From: Oopsacas minuta
Lineage: Eukaryota; Animalia; Porifera
DNA length: 64,000 bases
Direction: 5' to 3'
Assembly (NCBI GenBank): GCA_024704765.1
Contig: JAKMXF010000233.1
Span: 612,370-676,369 of the forward strand
In this document: one piece after another, positions 38,367 through 51,263 of the stretch
Layout of the letters: every line of letters starts with the position of its first letter
How positions within the stretch are numbered: position 1 is the stretch's first letter
Notes under the pieces: generated by a model
Databases searched by the model: none
Told to the model about the DNA's origin: nothing
What the model saw: the letters and a program-made list of their open reading frames with translations, nothing else
Made by a program: the position numbers and the translations under genes

Positions 38367-41300
38367 ATGTTATTTCTCTGTCTTACAGTCTTAAGTATTG
38401 TCATAGCACACGGACAGGTGAATACTCGTGTTGATGAGTTAGATGTCAACGCAGCTATTCCCAGACCTGTCGTCCTGACGGGAATATCTGTCTATAGGGA
38501 TCAGCGGGTACTCTTGGATACATACACAGGGGTAATTAGCGTCAGTACTGATAGCTTGATGGTAGATAACTCACTATTTGATACAGATAATCTAACACAT
38601 GTATATTCAACCGTAGATGATAATACAGGAGTATTAGCTCTATGTACTAATAAGAATGGGAGATGTCAGTATATGAACGTGAGTTATATTTTAATAATAT
38701 TTACTAACTCTGTAGCTTAATTATTATTGATTTGAATTTACAGTAGGGTTCGTATATTTTTGAATATTTATTAGAGGAATTAATTCCTATACAGAATGGA
38801 CTCTTAAGTCTCTGAAAAATTGCAAATACTACTATATGACGTAATGGGGTACACACAAGGTGTTAAATTGGTATAGAGGGTAAATGCTTGTCTATAGGTG
38901 AATACACTATCAGTACTCGGGTCAGGAGATAACCTCATCCTAGCAGGAGAGCAGGAAGATGTAGTAGATACAGGAGTATTAGTACTATTAGCTAATACTA
39001 ACACAAATATGCCAAGTCTATTTACAGCATCAGGTAATGCTGCTATTATAGGACAGACTGCTGAGATACCACAGTATCCTATTAGAACAACACAGCTGAC
39101 TAATCAGCTGATTGTTAATGCTAACTTGGTTGCAACTACAGAGCAGATAACAAGGAAATTCGTAGCTACATTCAAATCAGGAGGATATGTGTATTTCGTA
39201 ACAGAAGATGTGAGTCTTGAAACTAATATAAGAATAACAAGGATTTGTGAAGGAGATAATCTAGATAATACAGCATTCCATTCTCTCTATCAAACCTCAC
39301 TGACCCCGTGTGTAGCTGCTACTGCATTAGATGTACTAGAGGCTGGGTTATCTGTCATTAGCAACGGAACGGAGCAGGAGTATGTGGTTATATCGTATAG
39401 GATAATTAGTACAGGAAATGTGTCTGTGTGTGCTTACCAGATAGATTCTATAAACCAGGAAATGATGCAAACATACCAGGACTGTGACAATGGAATAACA
39501 GGATCGATACCTATAGTAGCACTCTTCATACCGCCTCCTAGTCTGGATTGTACTGTAAGTAACGTAATGGAATGTGTAAGCTGATAGTATAAGTCCATTC
39601 AATATTCTAGCAAGCACTATGTTGCATGAATTTCCCTAGCTAACACAAGAACTAGAGGAATGCTATTAGAGGAATTATTTACAATATGGAAATTCTCTAA
39701 TAACAGTTCAGGTGTTAGAAAGTGAAATTCATGCAAAATAATATTCTGTTCTTGCTACTCCACCATATGATAGTAGGTAAGGTGTTACAATTCTATTCTA
39801 TAGGATTACGCTAGTTCGAGCAACACAGAATGTAACCTGTGGCCAATAAGTGGACAGGGGAATAATGACAGAGTATTTCTAGAAACAAATCCTGTAACAG
39901 GAACAGAAATATTAACACCTGTAATCATGGAGGATATAATAATAACAACAACAAGAATAACAGAGAGTGGAAACACTTTCTATTTCATGTATATAACATA
40001 TGGAACTGTGATGGATAAGGTATTACACTTGTATACATAGAATAAGGTAAAATGAATTAATTAATCTATTTTTAGTATCAAATGAATTTAACAGACCTGA
40101 TAGAACCATCAATAGAAACACTAAACTTCCAAGATAGAATAACAGCTGTTAAGACTGACCAATCAGGAGAGAGACTATTTGCTATAACTAACAGTAATCT
40201 ATACCGCATTCCTGTGTCTGACTGTGGTCGTCATGACAATTGTATGGAATGTGTACAGGACAGAGATCCTCTCTGTGGTTGGTGTAGTGTACAAAATGAA
40301 TGTACAAGACAATCTAATTGTACTAACAACAATCTAACCAACAGATGGATACAAGATGAGGTCACTGAATGTTTAGCTGTAACCAGCGTGTCTCCTGACT
40401 CATCTAACATCAACATTAATACTACGGTAAATTCCTTTATTATACTCCTTGGCAACATATACATTCTATTATAACACTCCTTAGCAACCATTTATTATGC
40501 ATATTTACAGGTGACAATAATGGTAGATAATCTCCCAGAACTAGCACCCTCAGAACTATATCTGTGTTACTTCAATAACACTGCTACAATGGTAACAGCT
40601 GTTAACGGGAGCACTAGTCTCATAAGAGGACCGGTTAATGGACCAACTGATATAGAGTGTACAGCTCCTGTAGGATTCACACCTTTCACAGATTCTGGTA
40701 ATTAAATTAATAGTAATTATGTGAGATAATTATCTGTAATATCTTGTATAGAGACGATGATATTCAGTCTAACGCTGGGTACAAATAAATACACAACAGA
40801 ACTAACAGATGTTAGCTTCACATATACAATAGTGGATTGTGGTTACTTTACGGATTGTGACACCTGTGCAAACTCCACCTCATCGTGTGGCTGGTGTCTA
40901 TACAATAGTATTTGTGTGGCAGATATTAACAGCTGTGTTATGCAAGAATGGGTACAGGTATGTGTAGTAACATTATAACACCTAATACGGTAGAACCCGG
41001 TTATACTAATGTATCATTTAGCCGTCAGATACTTCAAACAGCTGTCCTAGACTAGACTCAGTGTTCAATAGCAGTAGCTTACAGATACCAGCTCTAGAGA
41101 GCAGTAACATTACTCTACAAGGCTCTAACCTACCCGAACCTACTCTTATATATAACTACACCTGTATACTCACAGTAAGTAATATTACTGAAGATGTATT
41201 AGGTGTCTGGAGTAATGTAACAGCTGTAGAGAGTACAGTCAGCTGTTTGATAGAGGCAGAGAGTATACAGATGGAAGGGGCGGGAAGTATTGAGCTTATA

Positions 41301-44300
41301 TGGGGAGACGGATACAGGGTTAGACAAGGAATGATTGAGTGTAAGTTACATATTTTTACACCTTTTGTTGTGTAAAGATTATACACAAATATACAAAAAG
41401 AATTACGTACGACGGTCCCTTGAGTTTTGGCTGTAATACATTTGCATACCAACAACATTATTCTGTTGTCTAGTTGGAATATTTGTGTGCGGGAATCAGC
41501 CAGATTGTACCAGCTGTTTGCAGAACTCTCAGTGTAACTGGTGTAGTACAAGTGATAATACTACAGGGAATTGTACTAGTATGTGTTCTATCGGTATGAA
41601 CACTTTCACACCTTCGGATACATGTCCTCTCCCCGTAATAACAGAGGTAAGTAACACGTATTAGGGTATATTCATATGATTAATCATATGTATCTATAGT
41701 TTACACCTACATCTACAGCAGTAGGAGGAGTAGTGGTGTTAGAAATAAATGGATATAATTTATACGTCATCAATAGAGGATTATCCGTGAGAGTATCTGA
41801 TAAGGAATGTGTAGTGGATACAGCTACTGTTAATAGGTTTGTTGTTTGTTTGTATGTAAATTTGTTTGTTTGTTTGTTTGTTGTTTATCTCTTAATACCC
41901 AGGATAAAGTGCTCCTTGGAGACAAATAACAATAACATGTCGTCATCACAACTAACCCTATCAGTAGCTGGAGTGCTAGCATACAGTACTCTTAACTTCA
42001 CTACCAGCTTCCCTGATATAACTAACGTAACGCCTACCTACACTCCTCAGGTAGGAGGCTCTGTTATTACTATAACTGGTAATAATCTACTAGTGGGAGA
42101 TAGTAGGATATTAATTGCTGGAGAGGTTGATTGTGATATCCTAACAACCAGTAGTGGGATAGGTATGTTGTATTGAAAGATATGAGTCATAGTTTATCAC
42201 ATAACACCTTGTAGAAGATACAATAACATGCATGACAGGAATGTACAGCAGTATAGGAAGATCTCTCATGACAATACGGATAGACTCTATTGAGGAATCT
42301 TATGCAACTAGTGAGTTCGAGGTTCTAGCAGACCCACAGGTCACAAATGTATTCCTATATGGTTACGAGACACAGTTGAGAGCTGCTATAGTATCTGGGG
42401 CTCTTGACTACGAAATGAGAGGAAGGAATTTAGGCGCTACTCTAACTCAGACGTTAGTATTCAGGATGGGAAATTCGGAAATTAGCAGATCAGTAAGTAG
42501 CTGATAACTCTTGTTAGATCTAAATACCCGCTTATATCAATTGTACAATGAGTAACATATGTACAACATCTGAGTAATTATTACGGTCCATTGAACTTAG
42601 ATATAAGGGGAGTTGATTGTATAATTATATGATACTATATTTAGAATTGTAAAGCACCAACACCTGAATCCAACACACTAATGTGTCCAGGAAATATATT
42701 CACAGGTGTTAGCGTACCACCTGAAGGTGTTGCTGTAACCTTTGACCTAATAATGGATACAGTACCTGATGTCACAGCTAGATATTTCCAGGTGTTTGAT
42801 TTCACACTTTATCCTGATCCCGTAACAGCTGATAATGAAACTATAGTACTGACTGAAGGAGATACAGAGTTCTTTATACAGGTAATAAATCTCTCTGTTG
42901 TATCAGCTCTACATTGTGTAGAGCTGTAAATATTGTGTAGTTATTCATGTGACAGGTAAACTGAAACAAGTTACAACTAACAGTAACATATCTTGTAAAC
43001 AATAATAACAACAACATTCTGTTTAGATACCAAATATTAACATTTTACCATCACAAGCAATATCTATACGACATAAATTAACAGATGGAACCTACAGAGA
43101 CACAATATGCTCAAACCCACAATACACATCTGCTGGTATAAACTGTGTACTGAATTACACAGGACCTATTGATAACCCCATCCTAATCGAGGTATATTCA
43201 AATTTTAACACCTTTATAAAGGTGTTAGATTAATCATATGATAAATAATGTAGATAAGGATCGGTGAGAATGAGAACAATTACTCATCAGCTGTTAGTTT
43301 ACAGATCGCAGCAAAGAGTGCAATCGTAAAATTCTTAGAAGAAAATACATTACCGATAATAGCAGTTGGAGTTATACTAATAATATCATTGGTTGCTATA
43401 ACACTGTTGTTATTTGTTTGTTGTTGTTGTCTGGGGAGAGCAAGGAGGAGTAACAGGAAGAAGCAGGAGGAAGCTGAGTACCTCTTGAATGAGATGGAAG
43501 ATATTGAAAATGATTTAGCTGATAAGTGTAGGAAAGGTGAGAATATCCGCAAAATATACAAACAACCTCGTTAATAGGAAGAAATATTCACAAATAATTA
43601 AGTTCTTACAATAGTTATTCTGTATGAATAGGGTTTGCTGAGCTGAATACACAGATGGGATTGGATGAGGGTATGCTCGAGGTAGGGAGTATTCCAGTTC
43701 ATAACTTTAAGACTTTTGCAATGAGGATACTATTCCCAGGACTACAGGATCATCCTGTACTACACCCTGTAGAGGTAATACACATACCTATTGTTCAGTA
43801 TGGTAACCAGGTTAATGAATAATACATTCCTTTGTAGAAACCTCATAATCAGGACGCAGAGGTGTTTAACGCAGGTCTACAGAAATTTGAGGGCTTACTT
43901 AACGACAAACAGTTCCTTATAGTTATGCTACACTCCATGGAGGATAACAAGAACTTCTCAACCCGTGACAAATGTAACGTTGCTAGCTTACTGACTGTAG
44001 CTCTGTATAATTCAATGCCATATGTTACAGAGGTGTTATTCGAATTGTTAGTGGAGTTAATAAACAAAAATATAACAAGAAATACTTCTAAACTGCTGCT
44101 AAGAAGGTCAGAATTAATTGTTTGTTTGTTTGTCGTTTTGTTGTTACGATGTATTGTTTACAGAACTGAGTCAGTAACAGAGAAGCTACTTGCTGATTGG
44201 CTAGCATTCAACTTATTTTCACACCTTCAAGGACCCCCAAGCATAGCTCTTTATAAAATGTTTCTGGGGATAAAGGGACACCTGGAGGCAGGACCTGTAG

Positions 44301-46371
44301 ACGTGTTAAGTGGGAGAGCTGCTAACTCTCTGTCTGAGGAGAAGTTAATGAGACAAAATGTTCCTTTTATTGTAAGCATTCTTTAGGTTACCATAGTAAC
44401 ATAATTATCCAGGAAATTCTGGAGATATAACACTGATATTATTATACATACATTCTTACAATAAATTCGGTTGCTAGAGACTGGAAGTAGAAGCAGAATG
44501 CGTAGACGGAACTAAGATACCTTGTACACTATTGGATTGTGACACTATTACACAGAGTAAGGTAAAGCTAATGGATCATACATACAGAGGACTAGGATTC
44601 TCACAGAGACCTAAGCTAGAGGTGAGAATAGCCTCCTGCATAGCAACGAATAGCATGTATAAATATGTATGTAATAGGATGTAGAGGTAGAGTTACGATC
44701 AGCTGGAGGAGGGAGATTACAGCTGAGAGATAATGATATGACTAATGAGGGAGATGATGAGTGGAGACAAATAAACACCCTCTCCCATTACTGTATTAAA
44801 GGAGGATTAGTGCTAGCTACAGTGCCAAGGAAACAGAAGCCTAATCCGGGACAGGTGTGGGATTACCCAGGAACTACTATATATGACTTCGGACATACAC
44901 AGAGGTGAGTTTGGTTGCTATGTAACAGTGGATGTAGGTTATGGGAATCGGTTATTTGATTAATCATATGATTAATCTCTATAGTTTGTCACGTCTATTA
45001 AGCATAGACGATGAATCCAGTAAGGTGTATCATCTCCATAAGAATGAGGAGGCAGAGGAGTATAATGAACAGAACAAGACATTAAGGAGGAGACAGTACG
45101 GTTCTGAAATATTTCTACCTAAACTAGTTGCCACGAAGGTAATGATCAATTATTTGCATAACTACAGGGTGTAAGTTTGGAATGTATGTAGAGAATACTA
45201 CAGAGCTACATGGATCAGCTGATTGAAGAGATATTCCCTAATGCAAAAGGCCAGAAGATTCCGAAAGCAATTAAGATATTGTTTGATTTCTTGGATGAAC
45301 AGGCTGTACAGTATGGGATAGAAGATGCTGACGTCATGCATACTTGGAAGAATAATAGGTAATATACATAAGGTGTTACCTCAAGAAATGAGGTGACAGG
45401 ACACCTAAAGGTGCTGCCCGTTTGTGTAAATAGGTACAAAATATAAGGCATACCATCAGAACATTTTGTAACTAGGAACTTAATGAGTATATCTTAACCA
45501 ATAAAATGCTTTGTAGTGTTCCTCTGAGGTTCTGGGTTAATCTTATGAAGAATCCTGAATTCCTTTTGGACGTTGCTAAGAGTGCATCACTAGACGCAGC
45601 ACTATCTGTCATATCACAGGTTAGTATAAATAGGAGTGACAAACGTATGATACAATTATCTGTCTGATATTTCTAGGCGTTTATTGACAGCTGTTCTACT
45701 GGCAAATCTAATATATCAAGAGTGAGTTTTATACATACTAGAAGTGATTAATAATATTATAACACCTTTCCCAAATGCTAGGATAGTCCAACCAATAAAT
45801 TGCTGTATCATAAAGAAGTACAATCATACAAAGTTAAAGTCAAAAAGTTAGTTATGTGTAAATTCAACAAATAATCACAAAATATATTTAATGTATCCAT
45901 AGTTACTACGAAAGTATAAGGAATGCACCAGCAGTAGATAAAGATAGCTTAATATTCCCAACAGATGAGTTCTTATTAGAGGTAAGATAGTCGCTATTTA
46001 TAGAATAAGGTCTATTAATAGTATACATATTGTATAGGGAGAGGACAAGCTATTCTATGTAGATAGTGCTGCTTACGCATTATTCAGTTATGCTCAGTCA
46101 TATCAACAGGAGGTGAGTATTAAAGAATGTGATTAACAGCTGATATAGTTTTGAGGGATACGATTGAGTAAATTGGTAAAATGCTGTTAATAGAATTACT
46201 TCATTTTAACTGGAATATGTAAATACAAACAAATAATTGTTTGTTTGTTTATAGATTAAGGCTAGACTATGCGAAGACAATTTAGAAACTCAACAGACCA
46301 TATTTGAAGAAGTGTGTGTTGATATTTGTGAAAATTTGTACAGTAAGTATAATACAAACACAACAAAATGA
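38367..46371 (+). CDS. Plexin (paralog 2), multi-exon; last exon end approximate
   Basis: Signal peptide [16 protein letters not shown], Sema-like region, PSI and IPT ([18 protein letters not shown]) domains, TM near 43350-43430, GAP motifs LLLRR|TESVTEKLL and [14 protein letters not shown]. Confidence 0.9.
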
Positions 46372-46955
46372 TTTGTATATTATTCCTTACATCTGTAGTT
46401 GTGTGAAAATGAATTTACAGAATAGAGGTGTGTGCTATTTATAGATTTGTACACTAAGAATTATTAATATTTTCGTATTTTATTTGATTCTATAATATTT
46501 GGTTTTTTATTTTTAGTAAATAATCTGTGTATATTTGTTCTTTATATTATTATTAGACAATTAACCATGGATACCTTCGGCTATAAATATAGGAGGACAA
46601 TCTAACAGGAAATAATTGCTACACATTATCCGGTTAGGTGCGAACAAATATGATTAATCTCAGAAATATAAATGAAATAAAACTTATCTTAAAAAGTAGA
46701 AAACTCAGCCAATAAGATTGCAGTATTATTTAGCATATAAGAATGTGATATATAAATAACTCAGTCAAAATCCGTTGCTATGTTGGAGTCTTTCTTAATT
46801 TAATTTTTAGAAATTCTGGTTTAGTCTTTTCGGCGCTCAAATCTTCCTCCACCTACATACGAATATTTTCTAATCACAGGTGACAAAATATACATATATA
46901 CCTACTTACACACCCTACTAACTATTCCCTGTATTTGTAATTATATATACAAGTA

Positions 46956-47026
46956 CAGTATACTCAGCTTAATAGCAGGCGATTAAACCCGATTAACCGG
47001 TAGCCCTATTAAGCTGAGTTTACCCT
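46956..47026. mobile_element. MITE-like hairpin, family A
   Basis: TA + CAGTATACTCAGCTTAATAG ... CTATTAAGCTGAGTTTAC inverted ends. Confidence 0.55.
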
Positions 47027-47064
47027 AAAATAATTTGTATCTTCCCCCTGTGTATCATAACTAA

Positions 47065-48104
47065 CTAAATAACCTTTTGTAGATGTTTAGCTCTCTTCTC
47101 CAGCTGTTCATATAGCTCTGTCGTAACAGGAATTATTTCAGGTGTTACGTCATCAGTATGGAATGTATTCTCTGATCTCCTGACACTATAATCAGTCTCT
47201 CTCTTCCTAACATGTAATATCTTATCCAATTCAGACCTCTCATTCCTCAGCTCACCTCTACATACACCATCAATCAACTGGTTACCGTGACAACTAGTAT
47301 TCTGTCCATATAACTAACCTCTTGTTACGTAACATGAGTTCTTTATGTAACTGTTTATGCTGTAAGGAATCTAGCACTGGATTAGACATCTTCCTGCTCT
47401 CTATCTGTATTATATCCTAGACACGTACCTATTATAATATTACGTTACTAGGCAACAGTTAAGGTATGCAACCAACTTCTTGTAGTGGCGGGAGTAGGAC
47501 TTGCTCTAACGGCTTACGTACTGTGTCACAATCATCATAGCCGCCTACACGCGCCATCAGCTGACTCATAGCTTCGCGCTTTTTCTCGCTAGCCACCGGA
47601 TCGTGTGACGTTAAGTCCACAGCTTCCCATGTCTGTTGTGCTATTCGTGGGAGTGCTATCGGGTTACCAGATACCCATCTATGAGCTTCAGGTGTTGTAC
47701 TATAAATAAAAATATGGTGAATAATAACATAATTCTTGAGTCACGCCTAATAACTCACAGTTTGTTATCCATGGTCCTAGAGCATCTCCGTAGAGGAGGT
47801 GATCTGATTGGTGGAGGAGATCCTGTTATAATACTGTTCTCATCAGGACGAGAGAATTCCTAAAACATCCCATCGTATCCATGGTAGCATAAGGAATATA
47901 TTACTTAGTAACCGATCTTACCTTGAGGTATGCAGCAGGTACATATCCTATCTCCCCTGAGTACAGTTCTGCTACCCACCAGGTGTCAGATGGTCTCTCA
48001 GACACAAGCATCAGCTGTCCCTTAGAGAAGGATACTATATCCTCTCTCTGTCCGCTGTATGGGTATACAGCTATGTAAACAGGACCTGATATGTCATCTC
48101 CCAT
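47065..48104 (-). CDS. Small SH3-domain protein with Pro-rich middle and C-terminal helical segment, multi-exon
   Basis: YIAVYPYSGQREDIVSFSKGQLM...DTWWVAE...GEIGYVPAAYLK is an SH3 pattern; downstream exons near 47858-47760 and 47277-47065. Confidence 0.7.
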
Positions 48105-48824
48105 GGGCTAACAGGGAATAAAAAGGCGCCATAATTATACCAATCACAGATCATATTACAAAATGATTCGTGACCATATTTGCGGCGAAGGTTCAAACAG
48201 CTGACATAATAATTATACAAATACCGAAGCAACGAAATCATTTAATTTCTACAAACTAGCGACTCAATGATAGAATCATGCAATCCTATTGGTTGAATGG
48301 CACAATAGCCACAGGTTATGAATTTCTAGAAAATAAATTCAGAAATGAAACATGCAACTTTGCAAATTTATAAATTCAAACTTTCTTGGAAATGAATTCG
48401 GCGGAAATTTAATAATTAATGCAATTTTTCAATTTCAATAATTCAAATAGAAAGTTTCCAAATTTATCTGTTCTGTTACTCAATATGGAACTAATTAGTT
48501 TCAGTTGCATTTACGTCAACTAGTCTATGCATTAGCTAATCGGGGTCTTAGCATAGAGGAAATGGTTGCTAGGATAATGTCTCAAGAATGGAAACACAAT
48601 CCATAGAGCAGGTAAACTGTATCATATGGAAAGGAAAATAGGCGCGTAAATGATATTGTAGGCGCGCAATAGATTATCCTAGGCGGGCAAAGGATTATTC
48701 TAGGCGGGCAATCGTAATAAACTATAAATATACCCAAATCTTATAATTCAAGATCTAACAATATTAATTTGTATGTATAACGACCTAACAAAGACATACA
48801 CATAACTAAGTACAATACTTGTAA

Positions 48825-48956
48825 CTAGGTAAGAAGCGGAGTAGAATGTAGCTTGTCCTGTCTACGAACAAGTTTCTTGTAACGAGACCGTCCGTACATA
48901 ACTCCGAGAATGAGAGCGAAATATCTAAAAGACTTGAGTAACGGCGAAACAGGCAT
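48825..48956 (-). CDS. ATP5ME: ATP synthase subunit e-like small ORF (43 aa, below ORF-track cutoff); upstream exons possible
   Basis: MPVSPLLKSFRYFALILGVMYGRSRYKKL resembles the conserved VSPLIK.GRY.AL.LGV.YG..R of subunit e; preceded by an AG acceptor. Confidence 0.7.
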   Translation of the reverse strand: MPVSPLLKSFRYFALILGVMYGRSRYKKLVRRQDKLHSTPLLT

Positions 48957-49482
48957 ATCAGCTAATAAATAAATAAATAAACACGGAAATAATATGGAAA
49001 TAAAGTTGAGTATTTTGCCACAAAATTACAATAAATTTGATAAATTCTATTATGAAATAGAATCCAGGAATTATAGGCACAATTCAGTAATCACAAATAA
49101 CATCTGTTATCAAAACAACAAAAGTAATTCAATGATTTCATAATATTGTAGGGACATCTCTGGGCGGAATGACCTTCAAACTAAAAGTAATATAGCTTTG
49201 TTATTATTACACACAAACAGCAAAGCAGTAATTCCTTACTAACTTGACGTGAAAGTTCAGATTATGCAGCCTTGTTAATTTATGCAGAACCACATGGTTA
49301 TGGTTCATAGAGAAATAATTCAAAAATAAACATCAAACTCATAATTATACACAAATTTAGCTAATTACATACCTATCATCCATTATCGTTGCTAGCTAGA
49401 AGACCCGGGTAGATATTCCGCGAATAAACGACTTATTTATTTTAGCAATTTATACGAATAGTTCTATAATTAGAACAGATAT

Positions 49483-49978
49483 ATGGGAAATAGTGTGGGT
49501 AGAGTGAAGGATTGGATGGGGATGGGGCCTGACCCGATACCCCCGAGAGGACAGTGCGTAAGGAGACAGGTACGTATGGATGATATAGATATCAGACACT
49601 ATCTGGTGTATTGGGTGAAAAGGCAAGTAATATTACAATTATAAGCGAGGATAATTAAAGAAATTATTTGACTTCACTTATTACGAAATGAAACCGAGAA
49701 GCATTATTCGCATTTTAAACTGTCCTATTTTTAGCTCACTCTACAGAGACAGTGAGGGAAGTGTTGGTCATGAGTTCTACGAGGAGGAGGTACGAGAGGA
49801 TCTGCCCACTGGTGCCATAAGACGGGGCATGAGGAGAGTAACAGATAACCTAACTCATCAGGTATGTATTTGTTCTATAATTAGTAACAATTTGAGATTA
49901 TCCGTTTAGGAGAGAGAGGAACTTCCTTATCCGGCTCTATCCAGCAAACTACCTGTCGTATTCTACAGAGTAGAGTGA
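49483..49978 (+). CDS. TUSC2: Tumour suppressor candidate 2 (FUS1) homolog, 3 exons
   Basis: MG start; SSLYRDSEGSVGHEFYEE, MRRVTDNLTHQ and LPVVFYRV match the TUSC2 pattern. Confidence 0.8.
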
Positions 49979-50708
49979 CGTCACCAATTGGTTTTGTAAT
50001 TAATTGATTCTTACAATGTAATAATGACAATAAATTGAGTTCTGAGGTACCAATTCCATATCTACCTCTTCTAATTATTCTGTGGTGACAAAGGGCTTAC
50101 TATTACAATATTAGTGTAAGAAATAACGCTGTAGCATAATTATGTTACAAACCACTGCGGTAGATAATTTACTTTCAATTCTACAATATCGCAGTGATGT
50201 AACAGCTGTGAGGTAATTTGGGCGCCTAATTCAGTTTCCTTGGATACGGGAAATATGTGGGTATATAAATTTAGACTTAGAAACCTTAAAATAGAGAAAT
50301 CTTACTTTTAAATGTTTATATTTATGAAAAGAATTATGGCTTATAATTTACTGGTCAGTTCTTGTGATTCCTTAGCCAATAGAAATTAAGATATGCTCTA
50401 TTGTATATTGTACTATATCAAACAATGACATTCCTTTCTATGACCCCGTTGCCAAAGAGATAATATTGATTGAATGCTTTGAAATAACTAAATATTAGCT
50501 AACGAAATTATAAGCAATGATTTGCTCTTTTAACTCACATTCCTGACTGGTTCCACATAGCAACATAAGTGAGTGAGTAATTTAATTAGTGAATGTGACA
50601 CTCGGATAGTTTAAAAATGTGAACTATAGTACAGCATGTAATAATGTGTGATTATTTATTAATACAATTGTGGTTTGAGTAAAAATAACATCTGATTATA
50701 TACACACA

Positions 50709-51263
50709 CTAAGCGTTGACTGATATTGTGGGAAAACTTAGCTCATCGAATGAATTCCTTGGCATAAGCTTTGAGGTTACGGATCCAGTAGCTAGGAATG
50801 TTTTTCTTGTTCCTTTACGTTTGGATGATCTTGATTTTGAGGGATTGTTTGTGGGTGATTCTACCTCTTTTCTGATTGGTTCTGGTGACGATTTAGGAGA
50901 TGAAGGAGGTGACGATTCTAATTTACAAATTGATCCTTCTTCTCCAAACCTGTACGCTACTTCCTGTGGGTCTATCCAGACTGTGAGCTCTCTCGGGAGG
51001 ATTTTAGGTACCGTCCTCTCTGTCCCTGATTCCTGACAGGCCTGTAGAACTATAGGATCTAATTGGTGATTTATTCTAATACATCTATAGCCTGAACCTT
51101 TGTTGGGATGTGTGGGATCCCAATGACTCTCAAATCTTTTGAGTAACAATTCTCTTAGTTTTCTTGTGAATCCTTCTAGCTCTATTGATGATATAACGTG
51201 AGGAATACTGTTGTTGAGTAGAGTCCTGAAGAAAGTTATCGCTTGAGTTACTTCGTCGATCAT
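50709..51263 (-). CDS. BTG/Tob family antiproliferative protein, intronless
   Basis: HWDPTHPNKGSGYRCIRIN (box A) and LPRELTVWIDPQEVAYRFGEEGSIC (box B). Confidence 0.92.
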   Translation of the reverse strand: MIDEVTQAITFFRTLLNNSIPHVISSIELEGFTRKLRELLLKRFESHWDPTHPNKGSGYRCIRINHQLDPIVLQACQESGTERTVPKILPRELTVWIDPQEVAYRFGEEGSICKLESSPPSSPKSSPEPIRKEVESPTNNPSKSRSSKRKGTRKTFLATGSVTSKLMPRNSFDELSFPTISVNA

